Source of the DNA: Octopus vulgaris
Lineage: Eukaryota
Direction of reading: 5' to 3'
Assembly (NCBI GenBank): GCA_951406725.2
Contig: OX597817.1
Location: 117,676,001 to 117,740,000, forward strand
Length of the DNA: 64,000 nt
In this document: piece by piece, positions 1-12,729 of the stretch
Layout: the number at the start of each line of letters is the position of its first letter
Position numbering within the stretch: the first letter of the stretch is position 1
The notes under the pieces: generated by a model
The model's input: the letters and a program-made list of their open reading frames with translations, nothing else
The model's database searches: none
Told to the model about the DNA's origin: nothing
Made by a program: the position numbers and the translations under genes

Positions 1-679
1 TATATATATATATATGTATACGACAGACTTTCAATTTTCCTGGTCGGGAAGCAAACTTCTTAACACACAGCTACTCCTGCGCCTATGTTTAATCATCAAT
101 AACTGAAATTCTAATAATGTGAATAGTTAATATCCTACTGATGTATATCAGCATTCAGCTTATATCAAACTGGAAAGAAATATCGAAAAAAAGGAAAACA
201 AATAAACAAGTGAAAGCTAAAATATCTGACGAAGTGACATCTTCCCGGAAATCGTTTTATTAAATATTCCGCCAGTGCTTTCAATTTATAACGTTATTAA
301 GTGACGGTCTCATCCTCACAGGGGTAGTCAGCAGCTGCTATAACAGGATATCAACTTGCTGCATATGAAACTTGCACTTGCTGAAACAATTTACACTGCT
401 AACCGTAATGCAAGCACAATTGGCTTCAAATGTTTAGACAATCACACCGACTGCAATACACATAAGTTTAGACCTTGAGTTATTTTTATCTATTTATCGA
501 AATGCTAAAGCGTGTTACATATACGGGCACAAAAATAAAGAGTGCCTAAAGTTTATTGGACATAAATATAATCAAAGTTTACACATATACTGACGTACAC
601 ACGCACATACATACATACATACATACATACATACATACATACATACATACATACATACATACTACACAAAGACACACAT

Positions 680-792
680 ACGCCGGGCTTCTTTCAGTTT
701 CCCTCTACTAAATCCACTCACGGTCCGAGAGTATAGAAGAGGATACTTGCCCAAACAGTGGGACTGAACCCAGAACCATGTGGTTGGGAAGT
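680..792 (-). mobile_element. CORE-type tRNA-headed SINE fragment (OR2-like); another head fragment at 42-84
   Basis: The reverse complement matches the head/CORE part of the fuller copy at 9852 (aaccacatggttctgggttcagtcccac...gggcaagt...gtgagtggatttagtag). Confidence 0.75.
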
Positions 793-849
793 ACTATGTG
801 TGTGTGGGTGCACAGACCGGTTCATATATATCAGAGGTTCATATATATC

Positions 850-1870
850 AAATACTGATAACAGCATATCATTGTTTTAAATAATGCGCATATAGTAACG
901 ATATATTTACCAGATATCGTCTACGCTCACCTGGTAGCCACTATAGATATCCTTCTTGGAATTCTTCGTGATATCACTATACATTAAAATGACCAGATAA
1001 AAGACAATTTTGTGTTATCCAGCGACGTAATTCTTAGGTTTTCCATTTTAATCTTTATTTTCAGTTTGTTATATTAGCCATCAATCTATACCTCTTTTCT
1101 AATTCTCATTTCAATATAGTTTTTGTTTAAACTTTTCATAATTTGGGAGCTGGGTTACTTCTTTCTTATTTGTCTTCGGTTTTCTGTCCGTGAAAGTGTT
1201 CCCTAAAAATTATTCTGTACATATTTTGAATTTAAACTTCATCTCCTTTAATTTAAAGCAATTATGCATCATAATTTTCTGTTTATAAATATGGTGGTGT
1301 TTACCATAAAGAAACAGATGTTGAGTAGAATAAAAATATGAACTATATGAGAAGTTAATATTTTTCTGCTATTATGCTAAGCACAAAGATACGCATGCGC
1401 CTTCCTACACAATGTACATTTTGTTACTCTTTTTGTCTTACTATTTCCATATTTTTGACATACAATATATTTTGCCAAAGGTTTACGTTTTATTTTTCTT
1501 TCTGCGTTTTTTTTCTTTCTCTATTTATCACTGTTATGTATTCACCTGTATTAAAATTCAATTGCAAACGTAATGTAAATTCTGAAAAAGGTGACCCATT
1601 ACAATTCTTATTTTCATTACATTTCCATGAAGTTTATTTCCTTTCAGAAAATCGGACATGTTTTCTGTTATGAAACACTCCATTGTATGCAATATCCATG
1701 TTATTGATGAAACTGTATCGCAGGAAGTCAATATTCAATTCAGTGTATTTGCTTCGAGGTGGGAAAATCATTGAATACTTTCAACATCTTAATATTGGTG
1801 TCACTTCAATTCAATTCAACACACAGACGCCTTTACGCCTATTTCGTATCCTGAAGACCTGTCACCAGTA
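850..1870 (-). mobile_element. Possible highly decayed Penelope-like 3' remnant
   Basis: Minus-strand fragments LRYSFINN...HNRK and PLAKYI resemble the PLE linker/GIY-YIG region, and there is a small hairpin (cgatat/atatcg) at about 899-919. Very degenerate. Confidence 0.3.
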
Positions 1871-2050
1871 AAGTCACATACACACACACACACACACACA
1901 CACGTGTGAGAGAGACAGAGACAGAAAGAGACAGGGGAAGTGGAGGTGTATGTGTGAATGTATATGCGCATTAAACTGTATGTTGATTAACAGAGAAATC
2001 TATTGGTAATTTAATTTCTGGTTATGCAGATATATTACAATTTAACTATA

Positions 2051-2290
2051 CAGTATTCCTTCAATTATCGCGGGTGCTACGTGCCACAACATCCCACAGA
2101 AATAATAAAAATAAAAATATATATATATAAATATCTATCGGCCGCAGAAAACTGCAATATGCTGAAGAGTCCGCGACATAAATTTACATATATTAGCCAG
2201 ATAAATCCGCGATGTACTGAGTCCGCGATGTGTGAACCACGATGTAATGTGTGCACGATAGGTGAATCGTGATATGGCGAGGGATTACTG
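2051..2290. mobile_element. pogo/Tigger-type MITE
   Basis: TA|CAGTATTCCTTC... and ...GAGGGATTACTG|TA form imperfect TIRs starting CAGT with TA on both flanks; internal ccgcga repeats. Confidence 0.75.
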
Positions 2291-2399
2291 TATTTCAAAA
2301 AGAGAACTATATACATTGCACGGTATATGTTTCACAGGCATATGATAACTACCTGTCTGTCCGTCTGTCTGTCTATCTATTTATCTATCTATCAATCTA

Positions 2400-2456
<57 letters not shown>

Positions 2457-2460
2457 GTAA

Positions 2461-2826
2461 ATGAATTATTTGCGTAATGAGATAAAAAAACCCAAGGCTG
2501 TATAAGATATTAGAGCATTTATAGATTGAAACACGGTGTCCCTAGATGCAGTTCCGGCGGCCGGGGGGGGGGTTGTCTTCCCTTCGTATATGTATATAAG
2601 GACACAGGGAAAAATGTGTCAAAGCTATCAGGAGGCGTTCGATGCTTCCTAGGGCTATACAGCGGTGGTGTACCCCCTGCTGTCACGTTCTTGTTAGATT
2701 GACAGTATACAACCATTCTATTATTAATTAATATTCTAGAAACAGTTGTAAGACCTTCTATCTATAAATGCTCTAATATCTATACAGCCTTGGTTTTTTT
2801 TTTATCTCATTACGCAAATAATTCAT
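2461..2826. mobile_element. Element with ~65-bp terminal inverted repeats next to (TA)n, probably paired PLE termini
   Basis: atgaattatttgcgtaatgagataaaaaaacccaaggctgtata... (2461) is the reverse complement of ...tatacagccttggttttttttttatctcattacgcaaataattcat (2826). The right arm is preceded by GAAACAGTTGTA, a hammerhead stem-III-like motif. Confidence 0.8.
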
Positions 2827-3045
2827 ATATACACACTCTGACATGCTGACGTAAAACCAAAGTTTGAACCATTTATTCACAATATTACCGAATCTGGAAC
2901 TCAACTACGGTCTGTCTATAGCACTTATTCAGCATTACCTGCTACTTTTAGGTCTCATTGACACCATTATCTCATATAACTTCAACTTCTCGCTATATAT
3001 ATAAATGCATACATACACACACTATACAGTTATATTTTACATATA

Positions 3046-3335
3046 GGCGCAGGAGTGGCTGTGTGGTAAGTAGCTTGCTAACCAACCACATGATTCCGGA
3101 TTCAATCCCACTGCGTGGCATCTTGGGCAAGTGTCTTCTACTATAGTAGAACCGATGCTTGACAACCGATGCTGGTGTGTTTACGTCCCCGTCACTCAGC
3201 GGTTCGGCAAAAGAGACCGATAGAATAAGTACTGGGCTTACAAAGAATATGTCCCGGGGTCGATTTGCTCGACTAAAGGCGGTGCTGCAGTATGACCGCA
3301 GTCAAATGACTGAAACAAGTAAAAGAGTAAAAGAG
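3046..3335 (+). mobile_element. CORE-type SINE (OR2-like), internally deleted
   Basis: tRNA-like head ggcgcaggagtggctgtgtggtaag...ggattcaatccc, CORE-like cttgggcaagtg, and 3' tail gtcaaatgactgaaacaagtaaaagag, as in the 9852 copy. Confidence 0.85.
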
Positions 3336-3371
3336 TATGTATATACTACGTGCATGAATGACACATGTCTG

Positions 3372-3405
<34 letters not shown>

Positions 3406-4829
3406 GTGTAGGTGTGTTTGTGTGTGCATATGCGTGAACCACCGAATACATTGTTGCATAATTTTGTGCCAGATATATAAGGTTTAGTCCGAGTGAGGAA
3501 ATTTTCAACTTAAATATTGATATTGAAATTTAGTATTATATTGGATGTCTGAAGTACGTACAGTGATTCGTTGGTCTGCGTTCGTTGTGACGAAGGGAAA
3601 TTTTTTTATGCTGGTGCATCTTAGGACTTCTTTGTGAGACATTGATCCCTTCTCTATTCAGACAGCATTTTCTTCTAGTGGTGAACAATGCTTCGTTTGC
3701 TTACATTCTGTGAGTCCTTCATCTGTTGTATCATCGTATGTGTTTTTGTATTTGTGTTGTCTCCGCCCCGGTTTACTATTCTATTAGGCATCCATGTAAA
3801 ATAATAGACGTTCTACACGTAAGATTTTCTTACCTAAACATTTTACTGAGCAATTATTTTAAATATCGTCAAAGGACTAAGATGTATAGTACTTATTAGG
3901 ACCCTTTCTCTCACTCTGCACTCAAATGTACTCTAACATTTTTTGTAAGAACTCAACGGCTTTGTTCAGATATATAAATTCCATACTCTTTACCTGATAC
4001 ATTGATACCAGTTGTTTGCTAAATTGTTATTTTTTTGTACAGTACACACACAAAAAATGACACACACATGGACGCATGAGCAAACACGCACACATACACA
4101 TACGCATGCACACATACGTGACGCACGCACACACACACTCACTCTCTCACACACACACACACATATATATATATACAAGAACATGCCTAATTTTTATAAA
4201 CTGCAATTCTATATACGTTCTTTATTAATACCCACATATAGAAGAATGCAGTAGAGTCTTGCACTGAATTTATGATATAGATATTTTGGGCTGTTAAAGG
4301 ATAAATATAAGATCTATTGTCAAGGACATTCATTGTAACAGCCTGGTTATCCGTATTTGTTTCAGTTATGTTATCAATATTCATGACGTAGACAATGCAG
4401 CTTTATTTTAACCATGTAGAGTGGCACGATTGCATGCCACTCCCAGTGACATATTTCTCGTCTCTTAAGATTAAATGTTATATCACCCGCTTCGCTTGTC
4501 AGCGACAATAGATAACTTTCAACAAATCCTGAAAGGCTTTACTATGAATGCAATGACTTAGAGACCCAAATGTTGTGTGCAATGAGGGAAAGTCCTTGAA
4601 AATGGGGATATGCTGTGAACTTATTCCGAACAGCTATGATGCCTGAGTTTTTGTGTGCATGTAGAATTTTCCTAAACTTCTTCTCTGGAAATTTTGATCG
4701 AAATTCGGGGAAAGAATATAGAATATGCTAGTATATCATTTTTTAGTTTTCGTAATTCTACTTGAGACATTATATAAAGACAGGTATACACACATACATA
4801 GCTGTATACACACGCAGGCAGAGACACCT

Positions 4830-4887
<58 letters not shown>

Positions 4888-4962
4888 ACATCATTATTCA
4901 TAATACTGATTCATCTGGTAAGCAACATTTAATACTTTCAGATAAAAATATTATTTACAAAG

Positions 4963-5060
4963 TGGAGGCGCGTGGCTTAGTGGTTTAGGGTGTTGAACTC
5001 CTGATCGTAAGGTTGTGGTTTTGATTCCTGGACCGGGCGATGCGTTGTATTCTTGAGCAA
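4963..5060 (+). mobile_element. Second tRNA-headed SINE family (OR1/OK-like), 5' fragment; related minus-strand fragment at about 12190-12330
   Basis: ggaggcgcgtggcttagtggttt (A-box-like)...ggttttgattcc (B-box-like)...cttgagcaa; similar to the reverse complement of 6535-6671. Confidence 0.7.
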
Positions 5061-6133
5061 AGATGCGACGCAGTGAAAGTGAACCCAGAGCCATGTGTTT
5101 GGAAAACACAATCTCTCTCTCGTTCTTCCCGTCCTTCACTCTGCCCCGCTGTCACTCCCATTCTCTCTCACCCTCCACGCACACACACACACATAGGTAT
5201 GCATGCATATACCATATATATCTAAAATAGTTTAATTTCAGCATAAAACATTCGTTCTTTTTCAGTATATGAGGACAGGTGAACTAACATGTTTCTGCTC
5301 TGAAATGAAAGACAAGCTAACATGTGCTTTAGCGTATTTTGTTTGTAGGAAACCAGTTCGTTAATCTGTCACATGTAAATTGATGTGAGCTTGTGTGACT
5401 GTGTGAGTGTGTGTGTGTGTGTGAGCGCTTGCACGTGCGTATCTCTATGTATATATTTGCACTTAGAGAACTAACAGCAAAATATATTTATCAAATCCTT
5501 AAACAAACGATAACATAACATCGCAATTTGCTGCAAAACAGCTTAGTTGCCCAGAGCTTTTTATATTGCTCATATTTTTCCTTATATATATATGTTGGCA
5601 TAATATGTATATGAGTATATTTGTGTGCATTGTTTTCCTAAATATCTTTTAATATATATGACTTGCTATATCAAATTTGCGACCAGGTGTTTTTCAACAA
5701 CTTTCTTCAACTTCTCGTTTGCCAATAGTTTTCAGTGTTTTCTTTCAGAATTCATATGCATAAATATTATATTTCGGTTTAATATTTCCCGCAGTTTGTT
5801 ATATTTACATATCTTCCATCAAATATAGCATTCTCATATTTATCTTTTCCTATTTCAAATTCTTTACTTCAGTTTTATTTAAAATTTCTCCATAAATACG
5901 AATCTTCAGCTTCTTAATTGCAAAACTAGCGTTCTTTTTAGCATTCGGTTTCTGCGATATTAGCATATATAAATTATTGGTTCAGGCATTTCAAAATACG
6001 CAAGATGCAAGTTTTATATTCTACCGTTATTGCCTTATTTGCATTGAGTTCTGACAGTTTTACTGTTTCATACTTTGTGAAACATACGGGAAGATATTTC
6101 AACACATACACATGCTCATAAGCACTCGCACTT

Positions 6134-6174
<41 letters not shown>

Positions 6175-6392
6175 TGTGTGTGTATTAATGCATGTTTATT
6201 TTTAATACGACAAGAATTGTGTGAAGAATGCTAGTAGATCAACCATTGAACATTTATGGAATTAGGAGTATATACTATTTCCTATTGTTTTAACAGCACT
6301 TAACTCTTAAAATAAATTGTTCAGCCTTGGATGAGGTATTGATAAGATACTTTGTAGTTCGATACATATACGTATATACATATATTTCAGAC

Positions 6393-6459
<67 letters not shown>

Positions 6460-6467
6460 TTTTTTTT

Positions 6468-6671
6468 TTGTACTTGTTTCAGTCATTTGACTGCGGCCAT
6501 GCTGTAGCACCGCCTTTTAGAGTACAGCAGGGATCACACCTCCTGCCGGAGCCTCGTGGAGCTCTTAGGTGTTTTCGCTCAATAAACACACACAACGCCC
6601 GGTCTGGGAATCGAAACCGCGATCCTCCGACCGCAAGTCCGCTGCCCTAACCACTAGGCCATTGCGCCTCC
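6468..6671 (-). mobile_element. SINE with a tRNA(Arg)-like OR1-type head joined to an OR2-type tail
   Basis: Minus strand reads ggaggcgcaatggcctagtggttagggcagcggacttgcggtcggaggatcgcggtttcgattccc..., then aaggcggtgctacagcatggccgcagtcaaatgactgaaacaagta. Confidence 0.8.
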
Positions 6672-6685
6672 ATATATATATATAT

Positions 6686-7398
6686 AACGGGAAGGTTTAC
6701 GAAAATAAACAAAAGATGATGGCAGGTGGAGTACAAACAAACAAATGTATTAGTATGGCGCTCAGGAATAGAAATAGAAAAAGTATTTTACGTTTCGAGC
6801 CTAAGCTCTTTGATAGAAAGATACACAGAAAAGAAACAAGGAGAGAAAAAAATGCGGTCTATCATGGCGTTCTGACTTCATAGAAATCAGAGGTCAGAGG
6901 TCAGACGTTAGGCGCTAGAGGGATAGTAGGGGAGATAACAGGGTCAAGTGACTTCCAAAACGAAGGTGGCCCCAACACGAAGGTGCGTGTGTGTATAAGA
7001 GAGTATGTATGTGCGTGTGAAAGAGGGCTGGTGGTCCGGACGTGTGTATGTGTGTATGTGTGGGTTGGAGATATGGGGATGGGTGTGTGGGTGGTGTGTT
7101 GTGATATGATATGTGTATGTATGTGTAGGTGTAAAGATGTGGAGATGGGTGTGAGGGTGGTGTGTTGTGATGTGATGTGTAATGTGGGCGGTGTGCTATG
7201 GGTGGTGTGTTGTGATGTGATGTGTAATGTCGTATGGTGTAGTGTAGTGTGGTGTGATGTTGTGGGGAGGTGGGGGCGAGAGTGGGGAAAGCCCATGTGG
7301 GGTGTGCGTTCGGCTGGGGGTTAGGGTAGAGTGGGGGTTGTGGGGAGAGTGAGAGGGGGAGAGAAGAGAGAGGAGGGTAGGGGAAAGGGAGAGAGGAG

Positions 7399-7400
<2 letters not shown>
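6686..7400 (-). mobile_element. PLE-like terminus with a minimal hammerhead-like motif (6784-6823) and an adjacent low-complexity GT/G-rich tract
   Basis: Minus strand: tcttt CTATCAA a gagc-ttag-gctc GAAA cgta aaata. The 3' end abuts (TA)n at 6672-6685. Confidence 0.55.
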
Positions 7401-7429
<29 letters not shown>

Positions 7430-7562
7430 CAGGGAGATAGATAGATATATACCTATCTATCTATCTATCTATCTATCCCAATACATATATTAGATAATAC
7501 ACGCGCGAATACACACGCATACATACATACATACATACATACATGCACACACCCTTCTACCC

Positions 7563-7598
<36 letters not shown>

Positions 7599-7625
7599 AG
7601 CAGGCAGAAGGACATGGTTTTACTC

Positions 7626-8101
7626 GGGTAAATATTGCGTAAATGACCCGTTCATATATTGGTGTGAAATAATTTTTTTCGTCGAGCGTTTTCGAGTGCA
7701 TTCAACGTTTCCGACCTCCAAACTCGCCGCAAGGCATTTTCCTCGTAAAAGAAATGGGGAAGGGACCCCAGATTTTCCCACCAGCATAGTTTTTTCGCAT
7801 ACTTTCAACGAATGTAACATCGAATTCACGCGTAAACAGCACCTTTCCTCAGAAGAGGAAATAAAATTGGTTGCTATTTCCAGCACACCCTTCTACCACG
7901 TAACCGCTATTTGCGATAAAGGACTCGCTGATATTTCGCTGTGAAATCATTTTTTGACCCTTCACCCGCTTTGTTTTCCAGAAAAAAGTGTGGCTTGCGT
8001 GGGGTTTGGAGGTCAGATACATTGAATGCACTCGAAAAAAAGTGTAGAAAATATTTATTTCACAGTGTGGTATGAACAGGTCCTTTACGAAATATTTACC
8101 C
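7626..8101. mobile_element. Fold-back non-autonomous DNA element with ~140-bp imperfect inverted arms
   Basis: gggtaaatattgcgtaaatgacccgttcata...ttttcgagtgcattcaacgtttccgacctccaaa matches the reverse complement of about 7960-8101. Related sequence occurs at 11314-11488. Confidence 0.75.
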
Positions 8102-8120
8102 ATGGTTAATTACTGATACA

Positions 8121-8305
8121 TAAATACACCGGTACAGAAAACTGTAACCTATGAAGTAGCCGTTACAGCATGGTAATTTAATGATACAAAAATACACCGG
8201 TACAACGTTTTTGTTTGACCTTTTAGCCTTTCTAGCATTTTGTGTATATATTGGTGTACACAAATACACCGGTACAGAAGATTGTAAACAATGAAAGTAG
8301 CTATA
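8121..8305. repeat. Three ~70-bp-spaced direct repeats of AATACACCGGTACA
   Basis: Motif at about 8123, 8191 and 8263; copies 1 and 3 also share downstream gaa..tgtaa..atgaa.gtagc. Confidence 0.75.
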
Positions 8306-8698
8306 ATAATTTTTTTGACGGCAGAAATCGTTACAATGGTAAACGCTAGACAGAATGATTGACAGAATGAAGAGAGAATGATAGAAATGTGTCGTCAACA
8401 TCATGGTATAAAATGTCCTTTAATATCTCGTAAGCAAATAACGCGCAAACACATACAAACAAACGCAGACACATACAAACACTCGCAGACACATACACAC
8501 TCGTATACAAAATGAGACGTCATCGTCGTCGCCGTAGTATAAAATGTGTTATCATATGTGACTATAGAAAGATCATTTTCGAGAAAAGGCTATATTGTTT
8601 TAATTCAAAAAGAAAGTAAAATTACATGTTGGCACTTGTAAAATATGATTTGATATGGTGCAGTCATTTCAGAATGCATAGGGAACAGAGAGAGAGAG

Positions 8699-8782
<84 letters not shown>

Positions 8783-9851
8783 GTTAAAATGCACGATATG
8801 CAACCAGTATTTGAATCTTTTTAAGTTCATAAAGCGAAAAAGATAGCTTTGAAGAGAATCCTATTGTAGCCAACTGCATTGACTCCGATCATTTCGCAAT
8901 GGAAGCCCTGGGAAAGGTTCGGTGGAAGTTACGAAAATGAAAGGTTAAATGGTGGAGCAGAAATTATATTAGCAATTGACATGAATTTTTAAGTGTTTCT
9001 GTGTGGGTTATAATAGAAAAACAAACAACAAAAAACAAAAACACGTTATTCTGCTTATTTTTAATGTTATCGCCTTTAGAATGAATATTGTTACTGCTTT
9101 TATTTTTATTATCCTGCGTAGAAAAAGAAGATCCGGTTCAGAGTAAGAATTCCTTATCTTTTCAACATCGTTTATGGTACCGCATCCCCAGCTAGAAATT
9201 GATATTTTGAGAATCGCTGCTGTTAGGATGAGTACCCTATTCCTCTTTTTATTTCCAGAATCTTTACCTGTAGCCTTATTAATGGTGTTTCAAATGGTTC
9301 AATTTAAGCTTAGGCTTCCGTTATTGTACGTATGAATAAGCACGTTTGCATTTCCCGTTAGATTATTGTTATAGTCATTGTACATGCTAATTTTAATGCA
9401 AATAGCGGAGTCAGTTTCATTCTGTAAGTTACTTGTTGATAATTATTAGTATTTCGTTGTAAATTTATTTAAGAATCTATGGTGTTTTTTCTCTACGCGG
9501 ATATTTTTCCTTAGCGTATCGATGGAATTCATAGCTACGTTAGTTCTTAATATAGCGTATGGAATACAATACTCGATAACCTTCTGTTTTCTACTTTATT
9601 AGTATGATGTTTATTCATAGATATGTCCTGTAGTGTGCTTAGTCTATAAATATATTGCCTCGATTTTTATCTGCTACCGGTAATGCTACTGCTACTGGAA
9701 GACAGATCGTGAAATATGGTATCATAATGTTACGGAAGATGAAGAGGTAATTATAATAATGTTGTCGGTAAATATCTTATTGTGTCACTCCATTGAGGTG
9801 ATAGATGATAACAAGTTTACAGCAGTATTATTAAAAAAAACAAACATGAAA

Positions 9852-10274
9852 GGTGCAGGAGAAGCTGTGTGGTAAGTAGCTTGCTTATCAACCACATGGT
9901 TCCGGGTTCAGTCCCGCTGTGTAGCACCTTGGGCAAGTGTCTTCTTCTATACCCTCAGGCCGACCAAAGCCTTGTGAGTGGATTTGGTAGACAGAAACTA
10001 AATGAAGCCTGTCGTATATATGTGTGTGTTTGTGTGTATGTGTGTGTGTGTTTGTGTGTATGTGTGTGTGTGTTTGTAACTCCCCCTAACATCGCTTAAT
10101 AACCGATGTTTGTGTGTTTATGTATCTGTAACTTGGCGGTTCGGCAAATGAAACCGATAGAATAAGTACTAGGCTTACAAAGAATAAGTCCTGGAATCGA
10201 TATGCTTGACTAAAACGCGGTGCTCCAGCATGGCCGCAGTCAAATGATTGAGAAAAGTAAAAGAATAAAAGAAT
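9852..10274 (+). mobile_element. Near full-length CORE-type SINE (OR2-like) with internal (TG)n
   Basis: tRNA-like head, ccttgggcaagtg CORE-like box, internal TG array, and 3' module ending aaaagaataaaagaat. Partial copies at 12728-12790(-), 31805-31930, 51430-51630, 53340-53425, 54794-54975, 60425-60610. Confidence 0.85.
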
Positions 10275-10680
10275 GTCCTATAATTTTACACTTTTATTAC
10301 TGAAGCGTATTCAATTCGTCATTCCATTTATAACACACGCCTGCAATTATGACGAATGCTAATTTGGAAACTCTACAACCGATTACAATTATTGATCTAT
10401 AAAAGCGGATTGTTTAGAAGGTACTGTAGTTTAAAAAAATTTCTACAGTCTATGTAACGTCAATCATGAAAGACCATAGGCTTTCCGTAGTTTCCGATTT
10501 GAGTAGAATGCAAGCCGACAACGGCAAATTTATATCTTCACAATATATACAAACTACAACAAACAACAAGCACAAGGAAGTACAAAGCATAATGCTACTG
10601 GTAAATACGCCATCTAAAATATAACATGCACACTGTAGTAAAGCATATTATGGCAGAATGAAAGGAAGTGAAGTCAGGGT

Positions 10681-11100
10681 GGCGGCGAGCTGGCAGAGAC
10701 GTTAGCACACCGGGCAAAATGCTTTGCGGTATTTCGTCTGCCGCTATGTTCTGAGTTCAAATTCCGCCGAGGTCGACTTTGCCGTTCATCCTTTCGGGGT
10801 CGATAAATTAAGTACCAGTTACGCACTGGGGTCGATGTAATCGACTTAATACCTATGTCTGTCTTTGTTTGTCCCCTCTGTATTTAGCCCCTTGTGGGTA
10901 ATAAAGAAATAGGTATTTCGTCTGCCGCTATGTTCTGAGTACAAATTCCGCCGAGGTCGACTTTGCCGTTCATCCTTTCGGGGTCGATAAATTAAGTACC
11001 AGTTACGCACTGGGGTCGATGTAATCGACTTAATACCTATGTCTGTCTTTGTTTGTCCCCTCTATGTTTAGCCCCTAGTGGGTAATAAAGAAATAGGTAT
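10681..11100 (+). mobile_element. Nin-domain-type SINE, one head plus two 184-bp bodies
   Basis: Head ggcggcgagctggcagagacgttagc; B-box-like gagttcaaattcc; Nin-like ttcatcctttcggggtcgataaattaagtacc. The unit restarts at 10728 and 10912. Confidence 0.9.
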
Positions 11101-11313
11101 TAATAAGCTTCCAAACGTGATGGAGGGTTGCAGTTGAAATTATCGTATAATTAATGAAACATGGGTTCAAACATTTGATTACTTACTGAATTAATTAGCT
11201 AATTAGTCTCATGGCAATGGCCAAATGTAATGGCCTCTTACGAGTGGGAGGGTCGTATTTCCCCAGAAAACGAAAGATTTAGCTGCTTTTCTTGCACGCC
11301 TTGCTACCACGTA

Positions 11314-11790
11314 TCAGGTATTCGGGGGTTCTTTATCGCAAATAGCTGTTATGTGGTGGTAGGGTGTGCTAGAAATAGCAGCCAAATCTTTGGAGGACAG
11401 ATACGTTGAAAGCTCTCGAAATAAACCTATGAAAAAACAGCTATTTCGCACCGACGTTACGAACGGTTCTTGTACGAAGTGTTTACCGTATTTTTAAAGT
11501 CAATTTCACTAAAAAATATTTTACCAATCATAATGTGTCTATTGGAAAGCTCAGAGTTTCTTTCCTTTCAGTTTGAAGTTATTTTCAGAGTATTTCCCCA
11601 TTATGCGTCTTTTTGGGTTTTTATACCTCAAAACTGCGAATATCTCAATAATTACTGGTCTGATTTACATGTAACTTGCTGTATTCTGTTCACATTCACA
11701 TTTCAGGGGCGCTTTACTTTCAAATTATTTGCGTCAGTTTGGCCGTGAAACATTGTTGCTAGCCAGCAAGCAAGAATCATCTTAACTTTT
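11314..11790. mobile_element. Relative of the 7626-8101 element, unclassified DNA element
   Basis: 11314-11386 matches the reverse complement of 7868-7932, and 11388-11488 matches the 8004-8101 arm. Ends at ...cttaacttttaa before (TA)n. Confidence 0.6.
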
Positions 11791-11794
11791 AATA

Positions 11795-11896
<102 letters not shown>

Positions 11897-11921
11897 CATA
11901 TATATATATACATATATATAC

Positions 11922-11970
<49 letters not shown>

Positions 11971-12327
11971 TGCATATATGTATGTATGTATGTATGCATG
12001 TATGCATGTATGTATGTATGTAAGTGTGTATGCATGGACTTTCCAATCGAGACGACGCATGAGTATTCAGCTATTGCTGAAGGACCTGGACGAATGAAAT
12101 GATCTTTTCATAGTGGTCTATTATATGTGCTGTACATTAGTTCACTCTCTCCATCACATCTCATTTGTCTGAATAGATACACAGTGTACCACAAGTCTGG
12201 TGTGGAAGTGATCGCAGACCAAAGTGAGATGAAATGTTTTGCTCAAGAGCAAAATACACCATCTAATCTACGAGCCGAAAACACGATTTCACGAGGAGCA
12301 CCCGAAGCACTAGGCGATGTGCCTTCA

Positions 12328-12369
<42 letters not shown>

Positions 12370-12373
<4 letters not shown>

Positions 12374-12668
12374 AAATAAGAAAATGGAGGAATATATTTT
12401 AATCAATCATCAGCTACTAGATAATACCAATTCATATAATTTATTAACTAATTATATAGGAACATCCAGATCAAACATAATAATACAGAATAAAAAAGTA
12501 CACATCAATGAGTAATATAATACCGTAAGTACAATACGTATAAATAAATATAAATAAATATAAATATAAAACGGATCTTACAGCTGTCTCAGCCATGTAG
12601 ATAAGTGTATCTCATTATGCTCATATTAGCCAGGTGTATTAAGGTAATATGTGGTTATAAATGAGATA

Positions 12669-12729
<61 letters not shown>

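Noticed and set aside
226-260. CTGACGA...GAAA as a functional hammerhead
   Set aside because: Stems II and III do not pair convincingly; kept only as a weak member of the set.
6595-6671. tRNA-Arg gene
   Set aside because: It continues into a SINE body and tail, and the acceptor stem does not pair properly; it is a tRNA-derived head.
7321-7326. Telomeric TTAGGG
   Set aside because: Single copy inside a G-rich tract.
8780-9830. Additional PLE remnant on the minus strand
   Set aside because: Only a YNNGS-like fragment and TA adjacency; too decayed to support.
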